Positions 28,223 to 37,677 of a stretch of 64,000 nt of DNA are shown here, in pieces. Source of the DNA: Minisyncoccia bacterium (lineage in GTDB: Bacteria > Patescibacteriota > Minisyncoccia > Phycocordibacterales > UBA918); contig JBGSJJ010000016.1 of NCBI GenBank assembly GCA_041742075.1, forward strand, positions 83,128 through 147,127, written 5' to 3'. Below the pieces are notes generated by a model. The model saw only the letters and a program-made list of their open reading frames with translations. It was not told where the DNA came from and made no database searches. Position 1 is the stretch's first letter. Every line of letters begins with the position of its first letter. Position numbers and translations under genes: made by a program.

Positions 28223-30238
28223 TTATTTTGATAATGCTGCTGTTGCAGCTGCTTCCGCACCTGGATCACCTGGTGGGATTGATTCTCCTGCAGCAAGCTC
28301 AGTGTCTGTAAGTCCAGCTCCATCGACCATCCGTCCTCCTCCGCTGATTAATCCTGCTTTTGCAGACTCGGCCACAACCGAGCGTGCTGCGTTCTTCTCC
28401 ACGATCGGCGCTATGTTGTCGATGTAGGAGAATACTGCCGCATGCTGCTCAGAGCTTAGTTCGTGGTCGTATTTGTCGGATAGGTCATGGAGTCTCTGTA
28501 GGAATGCTGTGTTTGCATCCTTGTAAAGTGGAGGAGTGTCGCCACCGAGTAGTATCTGGAATGCCTCGTCCGCTTGAGCCACAACCTCGATTGCATCGTA
28601 GTCACTTGTATCGAGAAGTCTCTTGATCGTGTCATCATCTACGCCTGCTATCGTTGCTTGAGTTTCAAATAAGACTTTCTGATTGATTGTCTGATCGCCC
28701 TTATAAGCACCTAGGAAGGTCAGCTTGTTCTTGCTGTCTGCAAGATTGCTTTGTGCTTCAGCAAGACTTGATTCGACGAGGATGTCGTAATCGTTTTGAT
28801 AAGGCTTCAAGTCTCGAGCACTTACCATCTCGATCTCCAATCCCATAGGACCAAGTATCTGGACAGCCATCTTCTTTTTCAAATCCTGCATGACACCCTC
28901 TTTGTGTAGGACTGCAAATCGGTAGTAGCCTTCCGCATAGCTTTTGTTCAGTAGTCCGAAGCGATCTCCTGCCTGCATTAGGTTTCCTTCGTAAATTCCG
29001 AGAGTGTCTTCATCGCTCGTACCTCTCACGTCTGCAGTCACACCGCTTTCTGATTCGACTATCGACTCGAGTTTGTCGTACACCTTGAATGGACCTTCGA
29101 TCGGAGGAGTCTGTCTTGTTTGAAGCACTCGGTTCACGTCCACGTTTCCTTCAATTTCAATGTAACCGTCCTTTCTGTAACGAACTTGCGCTAAGTTGCG
29201 GACATAGTCAACGTTGACAGCTGTCTGAGGTCTGTTGATTTGTTCGGAGTTATCGAGTGACTGGTTGATACTCTTTTCCTGAGCTTGGAATATCCCTCGT
29301 GCAAAGTCGCAATACGATGGTGTCCAGAACTCACGAGGATCTGGGAACGCAGCCCATGTCCATATCGGATACTTACCGCTCTTTCGGATCTCCTTCCAAG
29401 GTTCGCATCTGATACAGTCTCCCGATGGAGTAAGGACCAAGTAAAAACGATTGTCGTTCTCGTCTGTTGTTATCCATGTATAAAAAATAAATTGGTTCTC
29501 GTTCTTGTACCGATCACGTGGAGCACCGGATGGCTTTCTGTTGTCCTTATCGTTATCCTGATTGGTTTTGGCTTTCGTATTCGTTCCTCCGTCCATCAAC
29601 TCTTCAGCTACTTTTTTGTAGTAGATCCCATCTTTTATTCCCTTTGTGATCTGTGCTCGAGTAAGCTTCGTGTTCCACCATCCGAGGTATGCAGCTTTCT
29701 CTACTCCGCTTCCGTCTTCTTCTTCGGTGCACAAGCCTCCCACGTCTGGATCAATCAGGAAGTCCTTCGGATCAATAAGGTTGAGTAAACTCTTGTACTG
29801 ACCCTTATCGTTTCTGGTCATGTAAAGATAAACTGCACGTCCGTAGATTGCAGCATCTCGCTTACCCATGAGGTCTTTGAAGTTCCAACGTCCTATCTTT
29901 GCATCCTTATCTTTGATGGAGTTCATCAGCTTCGACTTCTTCAGGTCTGCTGTTTCCCCTTTGACGTATTTGAATGTGAGTGGGCTATCGATCTTCGAGA
30001 GGATGGTGTGCACGTATCCATGCATCTTGTACAAAGGCACTTGGGCTCTGGTGTCAGCCTGATTCGTTGACCCTCCGTAAGGTGAGATGACTGACGGACT
30101 CGACTTGTCAGGGTTCATCATGTCCTCGTTCTTATTCCACGAGCTCATTCGAGCCTTCTTGTACCGGTATGAAAAATCAATCTCGTTTAGAGCTTGCTTT
30201 GCCAGTTCATCTCGTTTCTTGTAGTGGGCTAGTGCCAT
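28223..30238 (-). CDS. Portal protein candidate
   Basis: 671 aa, immediately downstream of large terminase. Confidence 0.5.
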   Translation of the reverse strand: MALAHYKKRDELAKQALNEIDFSYRYKKARMSSWNKNEDMMNPDKSSPSVISPYGGSTNQADTRAQVPLYKMHGYVHTILSKIDSPLTFKYVKGETADLKKSKLMNSIKDKDAKIGRWNFKDLMGKRDAAIYGRAVYLYMTRNDKGQYKSLLNLIDPKDFLIDPDVGGLCTEEEDGSGVEKAAYLGWWNTKLTRAQITKGIKDGIYYKKVAEELMDGGTNTKAKTNQDNDKDNRKPSGAPRDRYKNENQFIFYTWITTDENDNRFYLVLTPSGDCIRCEPWKEIRKSGKYPIWTWAAFPDPREFWTPSYCDFARGIFQAQEKSINQSLDNSEQINRPQTAVNVDYVRNLAQVRYRKDGYIEIEGNVDVNRVLQTRQTPPIEGPFKVYDKLESIVESESGVTADVRGTSDEDTLGIYEGNLMQAGDRFGLLNKSYAEGYYRFAVLHKEGVMQDLKKKMAVQILGPMGLEIEMVSARDLKPYQNDYDILVESSLAEAQSNLADSKNKLTFLGAYKGDQTINQKVLFETQATIAGVDDDTIKRLLDTSDYDAIEVVAQADEAFQILLGGDTPPLYKDANTAFLQRLHDLSDKYDHELSSEQHAAVFSYIDNIAPIVEKNAARSVVAESAKAGLISGGGRMVDGAGLTDTELAAGESIPPGDPGAEAAATAALSK

Positions 30239-30292
30239 AGTGTTTTCAGTATGCGTGTGATAAAACGCATTTTTTGGTGTATTACTTTCTGA

Positions 30293-31972
30293 TTAGATCC
30301 CAATGTCAGGGTATTGAGGGCTTTCATCATAGAAATCATCCTCATATGCTGGTCTTAGCTTGCCGTATGCCGTATCGATCGTAGGTTCTGGTCTTGTGTC
30401 TCTCGGCTTCTCTGTTCCTGCAGGACGTGCAATATCGCTTTGATACGCTGTTGCATCGCTCGTATCGTCATGAGTTGAATCAGGAAAGCGCATCAGTTCG
30501 TTTTCCAAGTCTTTGCATTCTCCTTGAAGGTGATAGACGCTTCTTGTTTCGTATCGGTAGAGTAGTCCTGTTCTTATTCGATCCTCTTTCGATCTACCTG
30601 CATGCTTGAGCCATGTGAGTGGTAGGAATATCTGTCTCATCCTTTGCTCATGTCTTAGCATTGGCTCAAGACCTCGAGTAAACGCTGTATCTTCCCATCC
30701 GAACTTCACAGGTGGTGTGCCTGCTTGGATAAGAAAGCTGTAGAGTCCGAACATTTTCTCGATGATTGCTGTTGGACCAAGCTTTTCTCTCCATGCTTTC
30801 AAATGCCATTTGCCTTCCCTGTCTGTCCAGTTGATGCAGATGCCCACGTAGTCTCCGTCTTTGCTTACCTCACCCTCTTTTCGACTTGGTGTGTCTAGGG
30901 TCACGTATGCTGCTAGCTTCTTGTGCATAAGGTCATCCCAGCTTATTGGCATGAACCATTCACGTTTGAAGATTGCCTTTGATTCGTCTATAGGCTGACA
31001 GAGCATTTCTGCTTGGAAGTCCATGTCACCTTCTTCTGGTGTCCACATCGATCGTCTTTTGCTTTCAACGCTTACCTTTCCAGTTGCCTTGGCTTCTTCT
31101 TCAGTCATCACCCATCGCTCAGGCCATGTTGGTGTGTGTATTCCCGTGATTAGATCTCCTTGGCATATAGGGACTATTCGCACTCTCAATTCTGGATCAT
31201 GCTTTGCACGCTCGATGATACTCTGTACGTTTCCGTATTCCGACAGGATGTTACCGAGGTAGATAACCCTTCGTCTTGCAGAGTCGAGACCTCGCTTGAA
31301 CTCTTGTATGTGTGTACGGATCTGGTTTGTGGATGCTTCGCTCTTGAGTGTCTTCTTGGTTTCGAAGTCATCGAGTAATACGAAGCCTGGACGCATCGCT
31401 CCGTGTACACGTCCTCGGACTGATTCCTGTGTACTGTGTGCTTCGACACGGATACCTTCCTTGGTGATATTCCCGTCATCATCTTTTGTTGGATTAGTGA
31501 TGAAGTCCTTCACTCTCTTTTGCGTTACCTCGTCTTTGCTTCGAGTAGTGTTGTATTTCTCTCCGAAGTCTTCGATAAATCTCTTATTGGTTTGAAGCTC
31601 CCACACAACGTCAAACAGGATACGTTCAGAGTTTGTGCTATCAAACGCATCCGCATTGATGTATGGCTCTATGTCATATGCAATCATGTACAGGATCAAT
31701 CCCTTTACGAAGCTTGTCTTTGCACTTTCTCCAAACATGAACCATGCAATCTCTCTTATTCGAAGGTCTAGAAGGTCATGAACGTCAGCCATCATTTCGT
31801 AATGGAAATCAGCAAACTCACACCTCACGTATCTTGGGAGGTAGTAAGCAATAAAATATCCGAAGTGCTCTTTAGCGTGCTTCGTACGCACTTCCTTCCT
31901 CGATTCTCGGAGTGTCTTCATTCCGAGTTCCGTCACTGGAGGCATTATTGTTTTGGGTTGTTGGGTTTCCAT
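30293..31972 (-). CDS. Terminase large subunit
   Basis: Walker B-like FVLLDDFE; C-terminal RNaseH-like nuclease acidic motifs (DSTHDDTSDATAYQ); size 559 aa; start may be a downstream Met. Confidence 0.65.
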   Translation of the reverse strand: METQQPKTIMPPVTELGMKTLRESRKEVRTKHAKEHFGYFIAYYLPRYVRCEFADFHYEMMADVHDLLDLRIREIAWFMFGESAKTSFVKGLILYMIAYDIEPYINADAFDSTNSERILFDVVWELQTNKRFIEDFGEKYNTTRSKDEVTQKRVKDFITNPTKDDDGNITKEGIRVEAHSTQESVRGRVHGAMRPGFVLLDDFETKKTLKSEASTNQIRTHIQEFKRGLDSARRRVIYLGNILSEYGNVQSIIERAKHDPELRVRIVPICQGDLITGIHTPTWPERWVMTEEEAKATGKVSVESKRRSMWTPEEGDMDFQAEMLCQPIDESKAIFKREWFMPISWDDLMHKKLAAYVTLDTPSRKEGEVSKDGDYVGICINWTDREGKWHLKAWREKLGPTAIIEKMFGLYSFLIQAGTPPVKFGWEDTAFTRGLEPMLRHEQRMRQIFLPLTWLKHAGRSKEDRIRTGLLYRYETRSVYHLQGECKDLENELMRFPDSTHDDTSDATAYQSDIARPAGTEKPRDTRPEPTIDTAYGKLRPAYEDDFYDESPQYPDIGI

Positions 31973-32471
31973 ATTGTCGTTTGAATATTGATTCGTGATC
32001 TTCAGTCTCCTTTGGTGTCATCACAAACACACCGATACGTTCTGTCTTATTAAGTTCGATTGTCTGAGGTACTTTTCCATCCACTCGATCCATGACCATT
32101 CCTGCTGCTTTAAGGTTTCCATCCACTGCCATGCTGATCACCTTTTTAACTATCAGTTTGTCGAACAGGATCTTCTGTCCATCCTTGTTGATTGCACCAG
32201 CCTCTCGGACGTATTCCCTGAAGACCGTAGTGAAATGTCTGGCTCCCATTGGCTTACCTGGGTTGCCTGGGATGAACTTACCCGTGACTGGATCTCTGTC
32301 CGTATTTTCACCGTATTTACGGTCATCCGAAGGGTCTAACGGAGCCTCGGAAATGCCGTTATTTGCCTCTACGGGGCGTGAAGCATCCTCACTCCTTGGA
32401 ACGTCCTTAGGAGCTTCCAAAAGGAGCACTTTCGGCTGATTGTTTTCATTATTTTGTTGGTTCATGCTCAT
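31872..32471 (-). CDS. Terminase small subunit candidate
   Basis: GNPGKPMGARH motif resembling TerS N-P-x-G-R-P box; start set at internal Met (MSMNQ) to avoid overlap with upstream methyltransferase gene. Confidence 0.4.
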   Translation of the reverse strand: MSMNQQNNENNQPKVLLLEAPKDVPRSEDASRPVEANNGISEAPLDPSDDRKYGENTDRDPVTGKFIPGNPGKPMGARHFTTVFREYVREAGAINKDGQKILFDKLIVKKVISMAVDGNLKAAGMVMDRVDGKVPQTIELNKTERIGVFVMTPKETEDHESIFKRQYGNPTTQNNNASSDGTRNEDTPRIEEGSAYEAR

Positions 32472-33831
32472 AGATGGTTTTTGGCCAGTTTTCCGGCTGT
32501 CCGTTCCGGACCACCTGCTCGATGCCGGTGAAATCCACCCATCGCTGAACAATCACGTCTACGAACTTTGGATCGAGCTCTATACCTGCGCAGACACGTC
32601 CCGTCTTCTCGCATGCGATGAGTGTGCTTCCGCTTCCGAGAAATGGATCGACCACCAAGTCTTCAGCTTTCGAGCTGTTCATGAGAGCGTATGTAATAAG
32701 CTCGACTGGTTTCTGTGTTGGATGTTTATATTCATTCACTTTGTCTCGCTTCATCGTCCAGATCGTGTATTTGCCTTCGGTTTCAAGTTTCTTTTGTCGC
32801 TTTGCCCAGTTGATGAGTTTCTGTTCGCTGTCATGAAAATCTATAATCGTTGAGTGTGTGCGATCGCCGTAGAAGACTGTTTTGATTCCATCTTTTGCAG
32901 CGTAAAAGAATGGCTCATGCTTCCATCGGTAGTCGCCCCACCCCATTGATGCGGTCGGCTTGTTCCAGATGAGTTGATTGCGGATAGCCATATCAAACTT
33001 CTTCAATGCTTTTTCAAATTGCGCTTGCGTTGATGTTGAGTGGAAGACATACCAACCTGCACCAGTCTTTGCAACTTCCGCAAGACAGCCGAATGCTTTC
33101 TCAAGGAATGAATCAAACGCTTCTGCATCCATGTGATCATTCATAATGCCCTCGCTTGTATTCTTTCCTCGACCGGCGTAGTTCACGTTGTATGGAGGAT
33201 CTGTAAACACGCAGTCCGCTTTTCTTTGCTGGACAGTTTTGTTGTATGCATCCATGTCAGTCGAGTCTCCGCAAACAATTGTGTGTAGACCGAGCTGATA
33301 CACATCGCCGAGTATTGTCTTCGGCACTTTCGGTTCTTCAGGGACCACATCATCTTTCTCGTCATCTTCGAGGAGAACATCTCGATCAAAACCGGTGAGC
33401 GTGATATCAAATCCTGATTCATCGAGAAGTTTAAGTTCTTCTGTTATGAGTATCATGTCCTGCCCAGTGAGTGCATTGAGCTGGTTGTCGGCGATTCGAT
33501 ATGCCTTTATTTCTTCCTCGTTCAAGTCATCAATGAGCATGTACGGAATAACAGGTTCACCTTTTCTGGTGAATGCTTTTGTCTCCATGAGTGTGTAGCC
33601 GAGCAGTTCGGTCATGGCAATAAAGCGGCCATGGCCTACGACGATGACATTATCTTTGTCGAGGATGATTGGCTGCTTGCATCCAAATGCTTTTATCGAG
33701 CTTGCGATCTTTTCAAGTTGAAAGCCTGGATGTTCTTTTGCATTCTTATCGTATTTTTTTACGTCTGTGATTTGCATATGAGTTGTAGTTATCTTTTCTC
33801 CATCCAGCTCGTCATGCTCGACTCGTTGCAT
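32449..33831 (-). CDS. ParB-like nuclease domain fused to N6/N4 DNA methyltransferase (phage orphan methyltransferase)
   Basis: N-terminal ParB-N pattern (IILDKDNVIVVGHGR); FTDPPYN and HPTQKPVELI...VVDPFLGSGST motifs. Confidence 0.75.
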   Translation of the reverse strand: MQRVEHDELDGEKITTTHMQITDVKKYDKNAKEHPGFQLEKIASSIKAFGCKQPIILDKDNVIVVGHGRFIAMTELLGYTLMETKAFTRKGEPVIPYMLIDDLNEEEIKAYRIADNQLNALTGQDMILITEELKLLDESGFDITLTGFDRDVLLEDDEKDDVVPEEPKVPKTILGDVYQLGLHTIVCGDSTDMDAYNKTVQQRKADCVFTDPPYNVNYAGRGKNTSEGIMNDHMDAEAFDSFLEKAFGCLAEVAKTGAGWYVFHSTSTQAQFEKALKKFDMAIRNQLIWNKPTASMGWGDYRWKHEPFFYAAKDGIKTVFYGDRTHSTIIDFHDSEQKLINWAKRQKKLETEGKYTIWTMKRDKVNEYKHPTQKPVELITYALMNSSKAEDLVVDPFLGSGSTLIACEKTGRVCAGIELDPKFVDVIVQRWVDFTGIEQVVRNGQPENWPKTIYEHEPTK

Positions 33832-34271
33832 GCGCCGATTTTTCCGTTGTCATCCATGTACTCATAGGTTGGCTTTCCATTTTCTGTTGGCGTTATTCCA
33901 ATGACGAGACGCTCCTCGCCTTTTGAGTTGCGACATATCGTGCCGAAGGTGTAAGTCATCGTCTGGTCGGGATGTTTCTTTTTCCAAAAATGCTGGAGTG
34001 CTGCAAAGAATTCGCTTTGGACCGTTTCAAGGAATGCCACGAGAGCACCCTTGTGTTCAGTCTTGAATATTGAAAGTAAGCTGTGAGCGCCAATGATCCA
34101 CGGACCGACGAGGTCAGGGCGTGCAGCAAGAAATCTTGCCGACAGGTTTAGCGGATTTGGATGCTGTTCTTTTTTTGTTTTGGTGGGTTTATTTTTCATG
34201 GTGATTAGTGATGGTGTTCTGTCGCATCCGATCCGAGTATCTGGCCGCATAGACTGCAGCGCTTTACCCAT
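33789..34271 (-). CDS. Hypothetical phage protein
   Basis: ORF only. Confidence 0.25.
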   Translation of the reverse strand: MGKALQSMRPDTRIGCDRTPSLITMKNKPTKTKKEQHPNPLNLSARFLAARPDLVGPWIIGAHSLLSIFKTEHKGALVAFLETVQSEFFAALQHFWKKKHPDQTMTYTFGTICRNSKGEERLVIGITPTENGKPTYEYMDDNGKIGACNESSMTSWMEKR

Positions 34272-34609
34272 CGGATATGCCCGCAGCCTTCCATCCTGTG
34301 CTGCTCGGCCGACATCTTGATAAAGTCATATGTTCCTTTGAGCTTTTGCTCGTATTTCTCCTTTCTTCGTTCTCGATAAATGTCTGCGATTTCTTTAGGC
34401 ATGTGTCCGAGGACTTTCATCCTTCGAATCCATCCGTAGTATCTGATGTGAAAGAGGACCGACTTTTTGTAAATTCCAAAATAAACCGAGAGCCAATTAA
34501 TTCTCCATCCCTCATCCTCAAAGCAACGTTGAAGATGTTTTATTTGTTCTGGAGTTAATTTGTGTCTTGGGTTATTGGCGTTGTACATAATTATTCTTTT
34601 CTGTGCCAA
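34205..34609 (-). CDS. Hypothetical protein with C-terminal Cys/His cluster (CGHIRWVKRCSLCG)
   Basis: ORF; possible zinc-binding. Confidence 0.3.
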   Translation of the reverse strand: MAQKRIIMYNANNPRHKLTPEQIKHLQRCFEDEGWRINWLSVYFGIYKKSVLFHIRYYGWIRRMKVLGHMPKEIADIYRERRKEKYEQKLKGTYDFIKMSAEQHRMEGCGHIRWVKRCSLCGQILGSDATEHHH

Positions 34610-35498
34610 GGATTCGTTTTGCGATCTCGGCGACTACGTTTACTGTCACAGCGTTTCCGAGGGTTTTATACCTCTGCGTGTCGCTTATTCCTTCCGTCCA
34701 TCCGTCTGGAAAGCCTTGGAGTCTTTCGCATTCTTTTGGTGTGAGCTTCCTAATACGCATGGAGTGTCGCCACCTACTTTTAAGGTCTGACATATTCCGG
34801 ACACCTCGAGAGGTTTGCGACTTCGAAACAAGCTGCTGATTATTCCCTGCGTCATCCTTTCCGAGAGAAAATATTTGCGGTCGGGAGTCTTTTCTAAGAT
34901 GTCCAACAATAAACACTCGCTCTCTGTTCTGAGGGACCCCGAAGTTCTTGCTGTTAAGCACTTCCCACTGGATGTCATACCCCAGCTCATCCAGTGAGGA
35001 GAGGATAGTTCCGAACGTGCGCCCACTGTCGTGAGAGAGAAGCCCTTTAACGTTTTCAAGGAGAAGTAGCTTTGGCTTCTTGGCAGAGATGATGCGAGCA
35101 ATCTCAAAAAAGAGTGTGCCGCGTGTATCTTTAAATCCTTTTCTTTTCCCCGCGACTGAGAAAGATTGGCAAGGAAAGCCTCCGATAAGAAGTTCAAAGT
35201 CAGGTAAAGACCTAGCCTTGATTTTTCTGATGTCTCCGAAGTTCTTGTGGTCGAAATGTTTTTCATAGATTTGGATTGCATATTTGTCGATCTCGGAATA
35301 TCCAACACATAGTGGGGCTGACCTGTCTCGAGCGTGTAGCAGTACTTCTCGCTTATCAATGGACCGGACCCTCCCTTGTGTGCATTCTTTCTGTTGGGAT
35401 TTCTTGCCGACGTGTGCATGTTTAAGATTGCTTTCATGTGCTTTTTTTATTCCTAGTTCGAATCCGCCAATGCCGGAGAATAAACTGAAGTACTTCAT
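34572..35498 (-). CDS. DNA (cytosine-5)-methyltransferase
   Basis: Motif I FSGIGG, motif IV GFPCQSFS, motif VI ENVKGL. Confidence 0.85.
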   Translation of the reverse strand: MKYFSLFSGIGGFELGIKKAHESNLKHAHVGKKSQQKECTQGRVRSIDKREVLLHARDRSAPLCVGYSEIDKYAIQIYEKHFDHKNFGDIRKIKARSLPDFELLIGGFPCQSFSVAGKRKGFKDTRGTLFFEIARIISAKKPKLLLLENVKGLLSHDSGRTFGTILSSLDELGYDIQWEVLNSKNFGVPQNRERVFIVGHLRKDSRPQIFSLGKDDAGNNQQLVSKSQTSRGVRNMSDLKSRWRHSMRIRKLTPKECERLQGFPDGWTEGISDTQRYKTLGNAVTVNVVAEIAKRILGTEKNNYVQRQ

Positions 35499-35908
35499 TC
35501 GCTTCGGTGATTAAGCGTTATCTCCACTTCGACCCGCCCTTTTCCATCGGACGCATAGTGGGATTCGAATGCCCCATCGAGGAATTTGTCATTGAGGAAT
35601 AAAGCATCGGCAAGACCTTTGAACACATTGTCAGGATCTGCATGAACTCCATTCACCCAGAAGATCGTTATCGACATTCGTGCACGCTCGGATATTTTTG
35701 TTGTGAGAGGCTGCTTCTGTTCAGAGGAGAACTCGGGATAGTTGCGATAGAAAATGCTGCGGACATATTCTTTCCATGCGTGGTATTTTTTTGCATGAGG
35801 TAGCCACAGCGCTCGACCAACAACACGAACATATGGGACCGGATTACCTTCTAGGTCTTCCGGATTTCCTTTTATTGTGAATTTGATTATTTTTTTCATT
35901 GGTTTCAA
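35495..35908 (-). CDS. rusA: RusA-family Holliday junction resolvase
   Basis: HADPDNVFKGLADAL motif. Confidence 0.65.
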   Translation of the reverse strand: MKPMKKIIKFTIKGNPEDLEGNPVPYVRVVGRALWLPHAKKYHAWKEYVRSIFYRNYPEFSSEQKQPLTTKISERARMSITIFWVNGVHADPDNVFKGLADALFLNDKFLDGAFESHYASDGKGRVEVEITLNHRSE

Positions 35909-36444
35909 TTTCTAAATTTGTTAATGGTCATCTTTCGAGCAAGTTCTCTTATCCCTGTGGATAAGTTTTCAACAGGATCCCTAATACTTTGTTTCTCTTT
36001 GTTTCCTAGGTTTTGTGTGTCTACTTTGTAGGACAAGCGTTGTCTATTCTTTAGACCGATTTTGGTCAACTTTCTAGACTGGTCTATTAAATTGACTACC
36101 TTATCCACATCCATATGCAGGTTTATTTCGTACACATTTCCCTTCTTGCTTTTCATGACTCTGATCGCTTCTGACTGGGCTAGATTCCTCAGACCGACTG
36201 CTACCGCCTGCTTTGAGAGACCTGTTCCATAATCGAGCACGTTGCCCCTACGATCCTTTATCCCGTCCGTAAATTGAGAGAAGCTAATGCGGTCGGACCC
36301 TTTGTGGAATCCGAATGTTCTTCGGCATATGTAAATCAAACATCGAGCTTCGGACTCAGGTATGAGTGGGATCACCAGATCGAGGATCAGGTTTGGGAGC
36401 TGTGTGCTATTTGGTATCAAATTAAGTGTTTTATTTTCTTCCAT
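35905..36444 (-). CDS. Phage replication initiator-like winged-helix protein
   Basis: LIYICRRTFGFHKG...LSKQAVAVGLRNL pattern resembling HTH_36 replication proteins. Confidence 0.45.
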   Translation of the reverse strand: MEENKTLNLIPNSTQLPNLILDLVIPLIPESEARCLIYICRRTFGFHKGSDRISFSQFTDGIKDRRGNVLDYGTGLSKQAVAVGLRNLAQSEAIRVMKSKKGNVYEINLHMDVDKVVNLIDQSRKLTKIGLKNRQRLSYKVDTQNLGNKEKQSIRDPVENLSTGIRELARKMTINKFRN

Positions 36445-36560
36445 AGTTTTGGTTGAAGAGAGAAAGCGCCGGTTACGGCGGCGATCTCTCTTTTGACTTT
36501 CCGTGAAATTTTTGGGAGAATGTACTTATCTAGGGTTCAGTCTCTCCTCACGGGGGGATT

Positions 36561-36863
36561 TTATTTTTTTGATAATGTTTCGAACTTATCTAACCTCTTT
36601 CCGGTTGCGGCATGCATCGTGTCTCTAATTTGAGTGATGACTTCATTGAGAAGTCCGTCATAGATGATTCCGTGAGCCATCGTGATGTTAGTTTCGTTGT
36701 CAGCGTCTAAGTTAGTAAGCTTGCCCATGATGTCGCTTGTAAATTCAGCGACCTCATCAAGCATGTGCGCAAGAATCTGCTCGTCGACTATTGCCTGAGC
36801 CTTCTCTTTCACTAGACTTAGTGCTTCTCGAGCTAATGCTTTAGTTTTTGCTTGTGTAGTCAT
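36561..36863 (-). CDS. Small helical hypothetical protein
   Basis: ORF only. Confidence 0.3.
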   Translation of the reverse strand: MTTQAKTKALAREALSLVKEKAQAIVDEQILAHMLDEVAEFTSDIMGKLTNLDADNETNITMAHGIIYDGLLNEVITQIRDTMHAATGKRLDKFETLSKK

Positions 36864-37122
36864 GGTTATTTTTTAGCTTTTGGAGATATTGTTTCCGAAG
36901 TTCTTCTCGCTCCTTCAGTTTTGTTTGTCTTACCTTGCTGAGCTTTTTGTTCTTCGTGATTCGTATCTCGTGTGGCCATTTATGGTCTATGTCGATCACG
37001 TCACCGACGTTAATGCGATATAGTTTTGTGAGCCATTTCCCTTCAAGGATCACGGCCGGTATGCCGTTTTTCCGATAGGTCACGACCCTTTGTTTTTTTA
37101 GGATGTAGGGCATTGGTAGCAT
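36841..37122 (-). CDS. AbrB/MazE/SpoVT-like swapped-hairpin DNA-binding protein; start codon lies inside the right direct repeat
   Basis: YRKNGIPAVILEGKWLTKLYRINVGDVIDI resembles AbrB-type barrel. Confidence 0.4.
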   Translation of the reverse strand: MLPMPYILKKQRVVTYRKNGIPAVILEGKWLTKLYRINVGDVIDIDHKWPHEIRITKNKKLSKVRQTKLKEREELRKQYLQKLKNNHDYTSKN

Positions 37123-37162
37123 CAGGCCGTGTGCACCGGCCGATCCCTTTTCGGGACAATGT
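37111..37162. repeat. Right copy of the ~50-bp imperfect direct repeat; candidate attR
   Basis: CATTGGTAGCATCAGGCCGTGTGCACCGGCCGATCCCTTTTCGGGACAATG versus left copy. Confidence 0.6.
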
Positions 37163-37167
37163 CTTAG

Positions 37168-37530
37168 TTAGCGGTACTTCTTGTGAATTTCGAGTGCTGT
37201 TGGATACAGTCCTTTTTGTGCGAATAATTCGTTTACCTGTTGGGCTTCGCCTTTTATGCCGACATGCCACTGGTTCACTTCATTGATCGGACGCGGGTCT
37301 TTGTAGTCGTAGATGGTAAGTACCATAGGACGCTTTTCATGCGTGGATTTGAAGGACCATTCGACCCGAACTTTTCCGTCACCCGATATCCATTCGCCCT
37401 CTTTGGTTCTGTCATTCGGCATTCCTAACTTATCCACAAGCTCCTGATAGGACGCATGCAGATATCCGTGGAAGCTCGTATGTAACGTATCCCTGTGAGT
37501 GGCTGGGACAAATCTGGTTTTCGCTTTCAT
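37168..37530 (-). CDS. Hypothetical protein
   Basis: ORF only. Confidence 0.3.
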   Translation of the reverse strand: MKAKTRFVPATHRDTLHTSFHGYLHASYQELVDKLGMPNDRTKEGEWISGDGKVRVEWSFKSTHEKRPMVLTIYDYKDPRPINEVNQWHVGIKGEAQQVNELFAQKGLYPTALEIHKKYR

Positions 37531-37677
37531 TTCGATGTACTTCTAATTGTTGATAAATTCGACCTTTTTAGACGGGGTAGGCAATATAAAAATCGCCGAC
37601 TTTCGTCGACGATTCTTTTGGTCTTTTTCTTGTTTTTTAAGGGTTTTTTGCCCTTTTTTCTTTAGAAGATGGTGTTG

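Larger units (their letters stand above)
2680..37162. mobile_element. Integrated prophage-like element (~34.5 kb) between the direct repeats: phage early, morphogenesis and lysis modules plus an accessory defense island
   Basis: Flanking direct repeats; co-oriented minus-strand phage gene order TerS-TerL-portal-scaffold-capsid-tail-lysis; integrase adjacent but outside the left repeat. Confidence 0.6.

Noticed and set aside
31872-32552. Full 226-aa reading of the TerS ORF from the first Met
   Set aside because: The first ~27 codons overlap the end of the ParB-methyltransferase gene; an internal Met at ~32471 gives a more plausible start
34685-35437. 250-aa ORF overlapping the C5 methyltransferase gene
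   Set aside because: Alternative frame of a gene with unambiguous methyltransferase motifs; no independent support
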